From: Octopus vulgaris
Taxonomy: Eukaryota
DNA: 64,000 bases
Reading direction: 5' to 3'
Assembly (NCBI GenBank): GCA_951406725.2
Contig: OX597814.1
Span: forward strand, 18,600,001-18,664,000
In this document: in pieces, positions 40,434 to 52,893 of the stretch
Position numbering within the stretch: position 1 is the first letter of the stretch
Layout: every line of letters starts with the position of its first letter
Position numbers and translations under genes: made by a program
The notes under the pieces: generated by a model
Databases searched by the model: none
What the model saw: the letters and a program-made list of their open reading frames with translations, nothing else
Told to the model about the DNA's origin: nothing

Positions 40434-41712
40434 TGCAGTTTCGGCAGCCGGGAGTGTTTGTCTCCCCTTCGTAAATGTATATAAGGACACAGGGAAAAAT
40501 GTGTCAAAGCCATCAGGAGGCGTTCAATACTTCCTAGGGCTATACAGCGGTGGTATACCCTCTACTGTCACGTTCTTGTTAGATTGACAGTATACAACCA
40601 TTCTATCGCCCCACCACCGTACATGTCTCTACGAGAGATTTAGAAATTCAATATTTCTTACTTTACATTCATTTGGATAACTTCTACTTCGGTTCGCACT
40701 CCAAGACTCTCAATAGGACGACATCTATATCATGTGGATGGGTTTTCTGATACTTCTCTACACCGAAACTTTGCTAACGTTTCATATTCTCCCTTTTATT
40801 AACTGTTAATACGGTTATTATGTATATAGACCCGTTTATCCTTTTACGTTAGCCGTCATTATGGATCGTTTGCTCTTCAAGACTAGTTTCTTATAGCCTT
40901 AACTCTCTTGAATTGCTCTGCACCCGAGAGTTTTGTATACACTGAGTGGTGTAAAGTGTCTGTGCCGTTATAGTCATTCATCCAAGATATACTGATGCCC
41001 TTCATAGTACATTGAATACGGTAGATGTTTTTTTTTTCTGTATTCAGCAATGCTTCAGTCTTGGCAAATTTACGCAAAGTCTTATATATTCGATCGCTCT
41101 CATCGGCTTCTTTTTTTGTGTGTTTTTTTTTGTTGTTGTATTTTTGCTGCTTTTTCATGCTATCTGTTCTCTTCCAGGATCAAAGGATCAAATGACCTTC
41201 CCGGATCCTGTGACGTATATATTCCCCCGCCCCTCATGAACGGAACGCCGGTCCGACGCAAGATTACTCGTTTTTTGCAAGCTGAGTGGAATGGAGTAAT
41301 GTGAAATTAAGTTTTCGTCCAAAAACATCGTGCATCATCATGTCCAGGAATCGAAACCAAGATTTTGCGATCATGAGTACAACGCCGTTACCACTAAGCC
41401 ACAGCCTTCTACTTAATCATTCGAACCTCAGACAAAATGTTTTACAGAGTTCTGCCTCTTTACTATCTAAGTTCAAATCTTGCCGCGGTAGAGTTGCTTT
41501 TCGTCCTTCTAGGCTCAGTGAAATACTGCGATCAATTTAAATGGAACCCAAGCGTAGGAGTGGCTGTGTGGTAAGTAGCTTGCTTACCAACCACATGGTT
41601 CCGGGTTCAGTCCCACTGCGTGGCACCTTCGGCGAGTGTCTCCTACTATAGCCTCGGGCCGACCAAAGCATTGTGAGTGGATTTGGTAGACGGAAACTGA
41701 AAGAGCCCGTCG

Positions 41713-41772
<60 letters not shown>

Positions 41773-41773
<1 letters not shown>

Positions 41774-41950
41774 TTATTTATAGAAGGAGCTTCTACAGGA
41801 CTAGAACTTTTCATTCAAATGAAATCATCAGGTTTCCTGATGATTTCATTTGAATGAAACAGTTCTAGTCCTGTAGAAGCTCCTTCTATAAAATAAATTA
41901 ATTTACTCTGCTATGTATTGAGTACCTTATTTACCTTATTTACCTTATTT
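41773..41950 (+). mobile_element. Fold-back mini Penelope element (HHR palindrome + tail)
   Basis: Hairpin centred on TTT 41833-41835; right arm and tail match 62637-62733; HHR 41831-41881. Confidence 0.8.
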
Positions 41951-44248
41951 AGAACACTTTACATTCATTTGGATAACTTCTACTTCGGTTCGCACTCCAA
42001 GACTCTCAATAGGACGACATCTATACCATGTGGATGGGTTTTCTGATACTTCTCTACACCGAAACTTTGCTAACGTTTCATATTCTCTCTTTTATTAACT
42101 GTTAATACAGTTATTATGTATATAGACCCGTTTATCCTTTTACGTTAGCCGTCATTATGGATCGTTTGCTCTTCAAGACTAGTTTCTTATAGCCTTAACT
42201 CTCTTGAATTGCTCTGCACCCGAGAGTTTTGTATACACTGAGTGGTGTAAAGTGTCTGTGCCGTTATAGTCATTCATCCAAGATATACTGATGCCCTTCA
42301 TAGTACATTGAATACGGTAGATGATTTTTTTTCCTGTATTCAGCAATGCTTCAGTCTTGGCAAATTTACGCAAAGTCTTATATATTCGATCGCTCTCATC
42401 GGCTTCTTTTTTTGTGTGTTTTTTTTTTGTTGTTGTATTTTTGCTGCTTTTTCATGCTATCTGTTCTCTTCCAGGATCAAAGGATCAAATGACCTTCCCG
42501 GATCCTGTGACGTATATATTCCCCCGCCCCTCATGAACGGAACGCCGGTCCGACGCAAGATTACTCGTTTATGCAAGCTGAGTGGAATGGAGTAATGTGA
42601 AATTAAGTTTTCGTCCAAAAACATAGTGCATCATCATGTCCAGGAATCGAAACCAAGATTTTGCGATCATGAGTACAACGCCGTTACCACTAAGCCACAG
42701 CCTTCTACTTAATCATTCGAACCTCAGACAAAATGTTTTACAGAGTTCTGCCGCTTTACTATCTAAGTTCAAATCTTGCCGCGGTAGAGTTGCTTTTCGT
42801 CCTTCTAGGCTCCGGGAAATACTGCGATCAATTTAAATGGAACCCAAGCGTAGGAGTGGCTGTGTGGTAAGTAGCTTGCTTACCAACCACATGGTTCCGG
42901 GTTCAGTCCCACTGCGTGGCACCTTCGGCGAGTGTCTCCTACTATAGTCGGGCCGACCAAAGCATTGATGCAGTTTCGGCAGCCGGGAGTGTTTGTCTCC
43001 CCTTCGTAAATGTATATAAGGACACAGGGAAAAATGTGTCAAAGCCATCAGGAGGCGTTCAATACTTCCTAGGGCTATACAGCGGTGGTATACCCTCTAC
43101 TGTCACGTTCTTGTTAGATTGACAGTATACAACCATTCTATCGATAAATAACCACCGTACATGTCTCTACGAGAGATTTAGAAATTCAATATTTCTTACT
43201 TTACATTCATTTGGATAACTTCTACTTCGGTTCGCACTCCAAGACTCTCAATAGGACGACATCTATATCATGTGGATGGGTTTTCTGATACTTCTCTACA
43301 CCGAAACTTTGCTAACGTTTCATATTCTCCTTTTATTAACTGTTAATACGGTTATTATGTATATAGACCCGTTTATCCTTTTACGTTAGCCGTCATTATG
43401 GATCGTTTGCTCTTCGAGACTAGTTTCTTATAGCCTTAACTCTCTTGAATTGCTCTGCACCCGAGAGTTTTGTATACACTGAGTGGTGTAAAGTGTCTGT
43501 GCCGTTATAGTCATTCATCCAAGATATACTGATGCCCTTCATAGTACATTGAATACGGTAGATGTTTTTTTTTTCTGTATTCAGCAATGCTTCAGTCTTG
43601 GCAAATTTACGCAAAGTCTTATATATTCGATCGCTCTCATCGGCTTCTTTTTTTGTGTGTTTTTTTTTGTTGTTGTATTTTTGCTGCTTTTTCATGCTAT
43701 CTGTTCTCTTCCAGGATCAAAGGATCAAATGACCTTCCCGGATCCTGTGACGTATATATTCCCCCGCCCCTCATGAACGGAACGCCGGTCCGACGCAAGA
43801 TTACTCGTTTTTGCAAGCTGAGTGGAATGGAGTAATGTGAAATTAAGTTTTCGTCCAAAAACATCGTGCATCATCATGTCCAGGAATCGAAACCAAGATT
43901 TTGCGATCATGAGTACAACGCCGTTACCACTAAGCCACAGCCTTCTACTTAATCATTCGAACCTCAGACAAAATGTTTTACAGAGTTCTGCCTCTTTACT
44001 ATCTAAGTTCAAATCTTGCCGCGGTAGAGTTGCTTTTCGTCCTTCTAGGCTCAGTGAAATACTGCGATCAATTTAAATGGAACCCAAGCGTAGGAGTGGC
44101 TGTGTGGTAAGTAGCTTGCTTACCAACCACATGGTTCCGGGTTCAGTCCCACTGCGTGGCACCTTCGGCGAGTGTCTCCTACTATAGCCTCGGGCCGACC
44201 AAAGCATTGTGAGTGGATTTGGTAGACGGAAACTGAAAGAGCCCGTCG

Positions 44249-44311
<63 letters not shown>

Positions 44312-44317
<6 letters not shown>

Positions 44318-44495
44318 TTTATAGAAGGAGCTTCTACAGGACTAGAACTGTTTCATTCAAATGAAATCATCAGGTTTCCTGATGATTTCATTTGAATGAA
44401 ACAGTTCTAGTCCTGTAGAAGCTCCTTCTATAAAATAAATTAATTTACTCTGCTATGTATTGAGTACCTTATTTACCTTATTTACCTTATTTAGA
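44312..44495 (+). mobile_element. Fold-back mini Penelope element, duplicate copy
   Basis: Perfect 63-bp arms 44312-44374 / 44378-44440. Confidence 0.8.
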
Positions 44496-45545
44496 ACACT
44501 TTACATTCATTTGGATAACTTCTACTTCGGTTCGCACTCCAAGACTCTCAATAGGACGACATCTATACCATGTGGATGGGTTTTCTGATACTTCTCTACA
44601 CCGAAACTTTGCTAACGTTTCATATTCTCTCTTTTATTAACTGTTAATACAGTTATTATGTATATAGACCCGTTTATCCTTTTACGTTAGCCGTCATTAT
44701 GGATCGTTTGCTCTTCAAGACTAGTTTCTTATAGCCTTAACTCTCTTGAATTGCTCTGCACCCGAGAGTTTTGTATACACTGAGTGGTGTAAAGTGTCTG
44801 TGCCGTTATAGTCATTCATCCAAGATATACTGATGCCCTTCATAGTACATTGAATACGGTAGATGATTTTTTTTCCTGTATTCAGCAATGCTTCAGTCTT
44901 GGCAAATTTACGCAAAGTCTTATATATTCGATCGCTCTCATCGGCTTCTTTTTTTGTGTGTTTTTTGTTGTTGTATTTTTGCTGCTTTTTCATGCTATCT
45001 GTTCTCTTCCAGGATCAAAGGATCAAATGACCTTCCCGGATCCTGTGACGTATACATTCCCCCGCCCCTCATGAACGGAACGCCGGTCCGACGCAAGATT
45101 ACTCGTTTATGCAAGCTGAGTGGAATGGAGCAATGTGAAATTAAGTTTTCGTCCAAAAACATAGTGCATCATCATGTCCAGGAATCGAAACCAAGATTTT
45201 GCGATCATGAGTACAACGCCGTTACCACTAAGCCACAGCCTTCTACTTAATCATTCGAACCTCAGACAAAATGTTTTACAGAGTTCTGCCGCTTTACTAT
45301 CTAAGTTCAAATCTTGCCGCGGTAGAGTTGCTTTTCGTCCTTTTAGGCTCCGGGAAATACTGCGATCAATTTAAATGGAACCCAAGCGTAGGAGTGGCTG
45401 TGTGGTAAGTAGCTTGCTTACCAACCACATGGTTCCGGGTTCAGTCCCACTGCGTGGCACCTTCGGCAAGTGTCTCCTACTATACCCTCGGGCCGACCAA
45501 AGCCTTGTGACTGGATTTGGTAGACGGAAACTGAAAGAGCCCGTC

Positions 45546-45580
<35 letters not shown>

Positions 45581-45929
45581 TAAATAAAATAAAACATATA
45601 TATAAACATATATGTACGTACCTACCTCTACATGTACATATACACGCATATATGAGTACAGGACACCAAAAGGACGTCGAACACAATGAGAAACGAAAAC
45701 ATAGACACAAACCAAAGGAACTGGATATTTTTTTAAAACAACAAAAAATAGAGTACAGGACAATTAACACAAAGAAAAAAACCCTTCTTCAGTCGCTATG
45801 GTTTCATCTACTCTACGTTTCGAAGGATAAAAGACGAAGGCAGGTGGAGTACAAACAAACAAATGCATTAGTATAGCGCTCAGGAATAGAAAAAGTCTTT
45901 TACGCTTCGAGCCTAATACGTATGTTTAT

Positions 45930-46140
45930 GTTTGTGTGCCTGTGTTTGTTCCCCCCAACTTCGCTTGTCAACCGATGCTGGTGTGTTTACGTACCCGTAA
46001 CTTAGCAGTTCGACAAAAGAGACCGATAGAATAAGTACTAGGCTTACAAAGAATAAGTCCTGGCGGGGGGGGGGTCGATTTGCTCGAATAAAAGGCGGTG
46101 CTCCACCATGGCCGCAGTCAAATGACTGAAACAAATAAAA
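45930..46140 (+). mobile_element. SINE family A, 3' half
   Basis: Consensus match. Confidence 0.8.
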
Positions 46141-46248
46141 GAAAGTTTTAATTGAGTGAACTCCCCCCCCCACACACACACACCTCCTTTCATATTTATG
46201 CCCTTGTACCTCTGTTAGAAACATTTGTATTCCGTATACTACTACTAC

Positions 46249-46284
<36 letters not shown>

Positions 46285-46360
46285 CAACGATGATGATGAC
46301 GACGATGATGATGATGACGATGATGATGACAATGATGATGATGATGATGACGATGATGAC

Positions 46361-46392
<32 letters not shown>

Positions 46393-47989
46393 CGATGATG
46401 ATGATGATGACGATGACGATGACGATGACGATGATGATGATGCATCCTTCTTACTCTCTCTGTCTCTTCGTTTCTCACTTTCCTTTGTTACTGTCTTTTC
46501 TTTCTTCCACACCTTATTTTTCCTCCCTTCTCTTTCTGTCCCTCCTTTATCTCTTTCGTTTTCATTTCACACCCCCTTTATTTATACTCCTAACACCTTC
46601 CAACTGGATTTCTTATCTCTCCTCCTGGCCAGGCCTGTAATTCTTTTCTTTTCTTTTCTTTTTTGTTTTTCTTTTCTTTTCTTTTCTTATTTTTAGACAG
46701 ACTCGACTTCCAGTTCTTCTGTTCTGTACAAGTGAAGTGTGTTTGCGTGGTGTGTTTACATATGCACCATGTGTGAATGAATGAGGGTATGAATGCGCAT
46801 GTGTCTGCCTGTGGTCTGTTTATGCGTAAGTATATATGCGTGAGAGTCTAAAATGGGTATACGTCCTGCTTTTTATTCCCTCAAGGCTATACTATTTCTG
46901 TAGCCCAGCCAGCGCCTGACCATCCTCCTTAACATCCCACCACCTACACCACTACAACCACCACCACGACGATTACCACCACCACCACCACCACCAGCAC
47001 TTACGCACTCTGCACATCCTTCCCTTCCCTTTTTCCATTCATTCATATACACCGCCGTCAACGCTCTCGCACGCCTTTTCACACCACCACGGCTGCCATC
47101 GTAATCTCCACCACCACCACCACCACCACCACCACCACTGTCATACTTACTTGTCATAATCTTTCATTACTTCTGTTCTCTTTGTTTCTTTCTCTATCAT
47201 CTAGCAAGACGAGTACGAGTTGATGTCTATCACTCGGTTGGATTGCTGGCTGTCATGCTGGCTTACAGACTTGTAGGCTGACTGGCTAGTTAGCCGGTTG
47301 GCTGAAAAGACGGCTTTGCTATCTCTCTGACTTGACTAGATAGATGGGGTAGATGGTTCAGTGGTTTGCTTGGGGATTTAGTTGCTCTTGTATATATGCT
47401 GACTGGCCGCCTATCAAACTGGCCTGCAGATACCTGCCTGACTGACTATTGTTCTTTGTTGTTTAGCCCCAGGTCAAAAACTCGTCCTGTATTATTTTTT
47501 CCTTTTGTGGGTGTGAGGTTTATGACAACATTATTTCATACGTCTCTTTCCTTCTTTCAGACGGCGTAATGTGATGTGAGGGAAATTAGGATATTATTCC
47601 GAAGAACTCGTTGAATGACCACGCTCATATATGGAAGGATGGCTGACTTATTTTAGTTATAAAACTGAAAAGGTAAAAAAAAAAAAAAAACGATAAAGAG
47701 ATTGATACTCAATAGGTCTTTTATTTGCTGTGTCGAGAAATTTGGTAATGCCCATAATTTCCCAAAGTCCTCCTCCTCGTGAGACTGATGCCATCAATGC
47801 GCCTTTTGAACCTTTGCAAGACTACGGGGAAACATGGAAAAGGATACACCCGAGGAAGGTCAGTTGCTACAAACTCGATCAAAGACCAATTTCTAACTAT
47901 AAAGCGACAACATAACTGATTGAAAATAATTTAAGGTGGTGGCTCCAGTATAGCCGCAGTCCTACAATTAAAACCACTAAGAGAATAGC

Positions 47990-48600
47990 AGAATTAAAGA
48001 AGGAACAAGGAAGGGATTTATAGTGCACCAAAGATTTACTAGCGAAGAACTAGGCATAGTAATCAATGTGGGGCCTGATGAGGAGTGGATACGACAAGAG
48101 TGTTAAGAGAAGCGGTGAGTACGACTGGAATGTCTGAGTGGAGGTTGCATGAGCTCGTCCAGTTCTAAGGTGCAAAGGTCACTATAGTAGGTGTAGAAAA
48201 TGCACAGTATGAAGAGTGTGCGCCTGTTGGCCAAGGATTGGAGCAGCGTCTAGGAGTGATTTTATGTCAATCAACTGAGTGACACGTTTCTGAATGCATT
48301 CTAGGACGTCTATACGTACAGCTGCGAATGTCAGTAGCACCATGTCAGATCTGAGTATTACTCTACTGTGGGCCTTATTTGCACTTTGAAGAGTGTCAAT
48401 TAAATTTCTTTCACCCCTAACGGGAAGGGTCAGTCGTTAAGATGCAGCTTGAACTGTATTGGGGGTATCCTTCCGTTAGAAGAGACCCTCGGTGATACGG
48501 AGACTCAATATTTGGTATGATTTTAAGTTAAGTGGAGTGCTGCTCATGGTTTAAAACGTGCGGGCTTATTGGCTATCACTTGTAATCGAATATGACTTGA
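47990..48600 (-). mobile_element. Decayed CR1/L2-type LINE, post-RT C-terminal region
   Basis: Broken minus-strand frames give LTLFKVQIRPTVE*YSD, VLECIQKRVTQLI and LQSLANRRTLFILCIFYTYYSDLCTLEL, matching LYKAQIRP.MEY.S..W / LD.IQ.RA..LI / L.SL.HRR....L..FY.YY...C..EL. Confidence 0.7.
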
Positions 48601-48653
48601 TAGCAGATTTATTTATTCTTCTGTTTTCTTTTCAGTGAAGATTTTATCGACGA

Positions 48654-49022
48654 CTAGCAGTATCGCCCGGTGTTGCTCGGGTTTGTAAGGAAAATAACTA
48701 TAAAGCATTTTTAGAGAGTTATAGCCAAAAAATGGAAAAAAAATGATGGTAATTTTTTTTTTAGTTAAAAAGGTCGAGTTGCGTCCCCTAGACAGTCTGT
48801 GGTTTGTGTTTCTGATTCTCGACCCCTTGTCGAATTTATCGATTTTTCAGAACTGGGGGAACTTTTCAAAATTTTCGCTGCGTTAGTTTTGAATTATGAC
48901 ATTGGGCTATGTGTGTGTCATGTTTCATCAGAATCGGTTGAAAGCCGTGGTCAGGGTGAGGGTACAACCTAACAGACACACAGAAACACACACAGACAAA
49001 CTGCCGTTTATATATAGAGAGA
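48654..49022 (-). mobile_element. Small non-autonomous Helitron (369 bp)
   Basis: Minus strand A|TCTCTCTATATATAAACGGCAG ... CCCGAGCAACACCGGG-CGATACTG-CTAG|T; inserted in an AT dinucleotide without TSD. Confidence 0.85.
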
Positions 49023-50450
49023 TAATTTGCTTTTCGTACACAAAAGAACTGGTAAAACCCTAACCGCAAGTATTGCAGCCTACTGTTGATAGTCCTGTTG
49101 TAGAGGATCTTGTTTTAGCTTTTTCTCTTTTCACTTCCTGTTGTTTCATTTAAATTGACTCTGCAGAATGTACTTCTTTCTTCATAGCGATCCATCATTG
49201 TTTTGCGGTCAGTTGCTGTCGTCTCCCATGCCGTCGCAATCACACTACGAACATTATTGAGATGCCTTTTGAATGTGTGAGCAACGACAATTATTATTCA
49301 CAACTAAGACGGTGGTGAGCTGGCAGAAGAGTTAGAGCGTCAGAAAAATGCTTTGTAGGTATTTCTTTATCGATCTCAGTTCAAACCCCACCGAAACTAA
49401 ATTTTCTTTACATCCCTCTACGATCGATAGAATAAAGTACAAATCAAATACTGGATTCGATGGTATTAATTGAACCACTTCTTCAAAACTGCTAGCTTTG
49501 AACGTAAATTTTTAAAAATCACTATTAGCAACATTTACACCTAACGCGGACAATTCTCTCAAGCTTTCTTCTATAATGTAGAACATTTAAGATTTATTTA
49601 TTTTTGAAGCAGTAAAATGATAAATTGTTGTATTCTTGCCGTCTGTTAAAGAACCACGCCAGTGGAGTCTAAGTAGTCATACGAGGGAGATAGAAATAGC
49701 TGACCAGTCGCTCTCAAATCACATCTACAATCCTAAATGTTGGAGAAGCACATTACATACTATAGCTCTAGATACACTTAATAAAGGAGAATGAGGACTG
49801 GAATGTGTTTGACCATGGGTCTGCTCAATAAGAGTAAACACTTCTTTTATGATATGTTAAAACCATTGCATTTTGTTCAAAGCAGGCTTCAGTGAACTAT
49901 GTTCTGTTGATAACCAAAACGTGTCCGAAGCGGTCACCTTGCTTGAAAACGAAGATTATGTTTTCGCCTTAGCACGTAGGTAATTTTTGTAATTTCCTTT
50001 ATTGAAATTATCTCCCCTTCCCTTTGAAAGTTGCTCACAACTACCGCGAGATCGCTCTACCCACCCACCCCATCTCTTTCTCCCTCTTTCCCTTCCTCTT
50101 TAAGAGGTAAATTTCAATTAATAGATAATTTTGTGCATACGTTATTCAGTACATGACACGTTTATTCAGAAATGTCCTTCATTCATTTGAAAACAAGGCA
50201 ATCATAGAAGCGTCTATTGCATTCTATCGACGTAGTAGTGGATTCACATCCTACAGTCATAAATGACAAAGGACAAAATAGGAAATAACATTCTAGTTCT
50301 GGCGTAGGCGAGGAAAAAACCTTTAAACTATGTATACGGGGCCACGAATTACACCACCGTTCTCACCACCACCACCACCACCATTACCACCATCATCAAC
50401 ATTAAAACTTGCATCAATTTTTATTTATTCTTTCCATTTACTGTAAATGT

Positions 50451-50700
50451 GGAGGCGCGTGGTTTAGTGGTTAGGGTGTCAGCATCATAATCGTAAGATT
50501 GTGGTTTCGATTCCTGGAGCGGACGACGCGTTATGTTCTTGAACAAAACACTTCATTTCACGTTGCTCCAGTCCACTCAGCAAAATGAGTAACGCTGCGA
50601 TGGACTGGCGTCCCGTCCAGCTGGGGAACACATACGCCATTGAAACCGGGGAAACCGGGCCCATGAGCCTGGCTAGGCTTTAAAAGGGCGCATTTATTTC
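50451..50700 (+). mobile_element. tRNA-derived SINE (family C related)
   Basis: GGAGGCGCGTGGTTTAGTGGTTAGGG, GGTTTCGATTCC and the shared TTTCACGTTGCTCCAGTCCACTCAG core. Confidence 0.75.
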
Positions 50701-50936
50701 ATTTATTTACTGTAAATAAGAACGAACAGCTGAATGCTCATTACGTGATCACATGTCCTGTTAGAAATAGCAGCCAAGTAATCCACAAATTACATCCTGT
50801 CATCTTGAAAATTCATGAATGCAATATAATTTTCGATACTATGTGTCTGAAGGAAAAACGCAATCGTCAGAGATAAGAACGTCTTTGAAAATAAGGCGTC
50901 ACGTGACACTCAATAACATCCGATATGCAAATAAAG

Positions 50937-51255
50937 ACTCCGCCGGTTACGACGACGAGGGTCCCAGCTGATACGATCAACAGAACAGCTTGCTCGTGAA
51001 ATTAACGTGCAAATGGCTGAGCATTCCACAGACACGCGTACCCTTAACGTAGTTCTCGGGGATAATCAGCGTGACACAGAGAGTGACAAGGCTGACCCTT
51101 TGAAATACAAGTACAACTCATTTTTGCCAGCTGAGTGGACTGGAGCAACGTGAAATAAAGTGTCTTGCTCAAGGACACAACGCGTCGCCGGGAATCGAAC
51201 TCACAACCTTACGATCATGAGCCGAATGCCCTAACCACTAAGCCACGCGCCCTCA
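50937..51255 (-). mobile_element. SINE family C/D, full length
   Basis: Minus head GAGGGCGCGTGGCTTAGTGGTTAGGG; shared core and D-type 3' part. Confidence 0.8.
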
Positions 51256-51772
51256 CATGCAAATAATACAACCTAAACGAAGGGCATATAGGTGAACATT
51301 CAAATTGCAAGATATAGCAAACAAATCTTCTCAAATCATGCTCTATCGTATTTTATTGATTTTTTTTTTCTTCAAAAAGATAACACATAGGAAAATGTAG
51401 TTCTCAACACAGTATGTGTTGTATGAAGTTTGTTCCGAATTTGCCAACAAACTTGGCAGGCTGAAAACTAGGACCTCACAATTAAGGATTGTTTGCGAAC
51501 AAGGTTCATGATATTTCATAATATTATAGGCTTCTAGGCGGGAATTATAAGCGGAAAGGCGTAGGATATATTACTTCTTCTAAATCAGGGATTCTCAAAC
51601 ATTTTGTATCTAAGACCCCTTTGATTGCTATAGTTATTCGATGTTTAAAAACTAGTTTTATATTTATTGCTTCCAAAATTCTTATTTTGTTTTTCACACA
51701 TTAATTTGTGTCGATTGAACAATGTAAAATATTAAAATGTAAAATATTAGAGAAAGAAACCTAGCTGTTTCT

Positions 51773-51911
51773 TGTGTGGTAAGTAGTTTACTTACGAACC
51801 ACATGGTTCCGGGTTCAGTCCCACTGCGTGACACCTTGGGCAAGTGTCTTCGCGAGCCGACCAAAGCCTTGTGAGCGGAGTTGGTAGACGGAAACTGAAA
51901 GAAGCCCGACG

Positions 51912-51942
<31 letters not shown>

Positions 51943-52165
51943 GTGTGTGTATATGTTTGTGTGTCTGTGTTTGTCCCCCCAACATCGCTTGACAACCGAT
52001 GCTGGTGTGTTTACGTACTCGTAACTTAACGGTTCGTCTAAAGAAACCGATATAATAAGTACTAGGCTTACAAAGAATAAGTCCTGGAGTCGATTTGCTT
52101 GACTAACAGGCGGTGCTCCTGCAGGGCCGCAGTCAAATGACTGAAACAAGTATAAGAGTAAAAGA
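51773..52165 (+). mobile_element. SINE family A
   Basis: Consensus match. Confidence 0.85.
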
Positions 52166-52843
52166 GTATACATCTAAAGCAAACTTTTTACAGAGGCCCT
52201 TTAAAATATTATTATGGATCTCCAATTTACTGTGTTGTTGAATGGACACCCCCGAAATTTGATATGGATCCTCAGGGACCATATAGACCTCGGTTGAAAA
52301 CCACATGAACACGAGTCAAACACAAACACCGGCACAGTATTTTCGAAGAATTCCAGCTCAGTTTCTTTTCGACCAAATTCCATTTCCAATGTATTGATCA
52401 AGCCAATACTGAGACTATAGTCGAAAACTCTTGCTTGCATCATGTCCCGAGCATTTGCGGTATTTCGTCCGTCACTATGTTATGCGCTGAAATTCCACCG
52501 CCGAGGTCGACTTTGCCATTCACCTTTTCGGGGTCGATAAAATAAGCACCAGTTAAGCACTTAGGTCGACCTAATCGACTTACCCCCTTCTCTCGAAGAT
52601 GTTGCCCTAGTGTCAAAATTTGAAATCATCATCATCATCGTCGTCATCATCATCATTATCATCATCATCATCATCGTTATAATTGCTGTTGCTGCTGATG
52701 GTGGTGTTGTTATTGTTATGGCAACAATAGAGATGCTGTTATTTACAACTATCATTTGCAGAATTTTCACTCCGTACATCCACTCCACACACGTCGCTGT
52801 CACTGGTTCTTCTTCAAGATCACTTATGGTAAAACATACCCAA

Positions 52844-52893
<50 letters not shown>

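Larger units (their letters stand above)
40432..45575 (+). repeat. Nested tandem segmental duplication (A-B-H-B' twice, period ~2.54 kb)
   Basis: Identical ORFs at 40883/43420 and near-identical ORFs at 42179/44721; block B (from 40660) occurs four times, each ending in a SINE A 5' half. Confidence 0.95.

Noticed and set aside
40883-44993. Four-fold repeated ORF (..RIQCTMKGISISWMNDYNG..) as a gene family
   Set aside because: Repetition is explained by the DNA duplication; no recognisable domain.
45781-45828. Minus-strand GAAACGUA...CUGAAGA as a type II hammerhead
   Set aside because: No stem I pairing could be built.
48074-48090. CUGAUGA motif
   Set aside because: No GAAA or helices nearby; lies in the CR1/L2 remnant.
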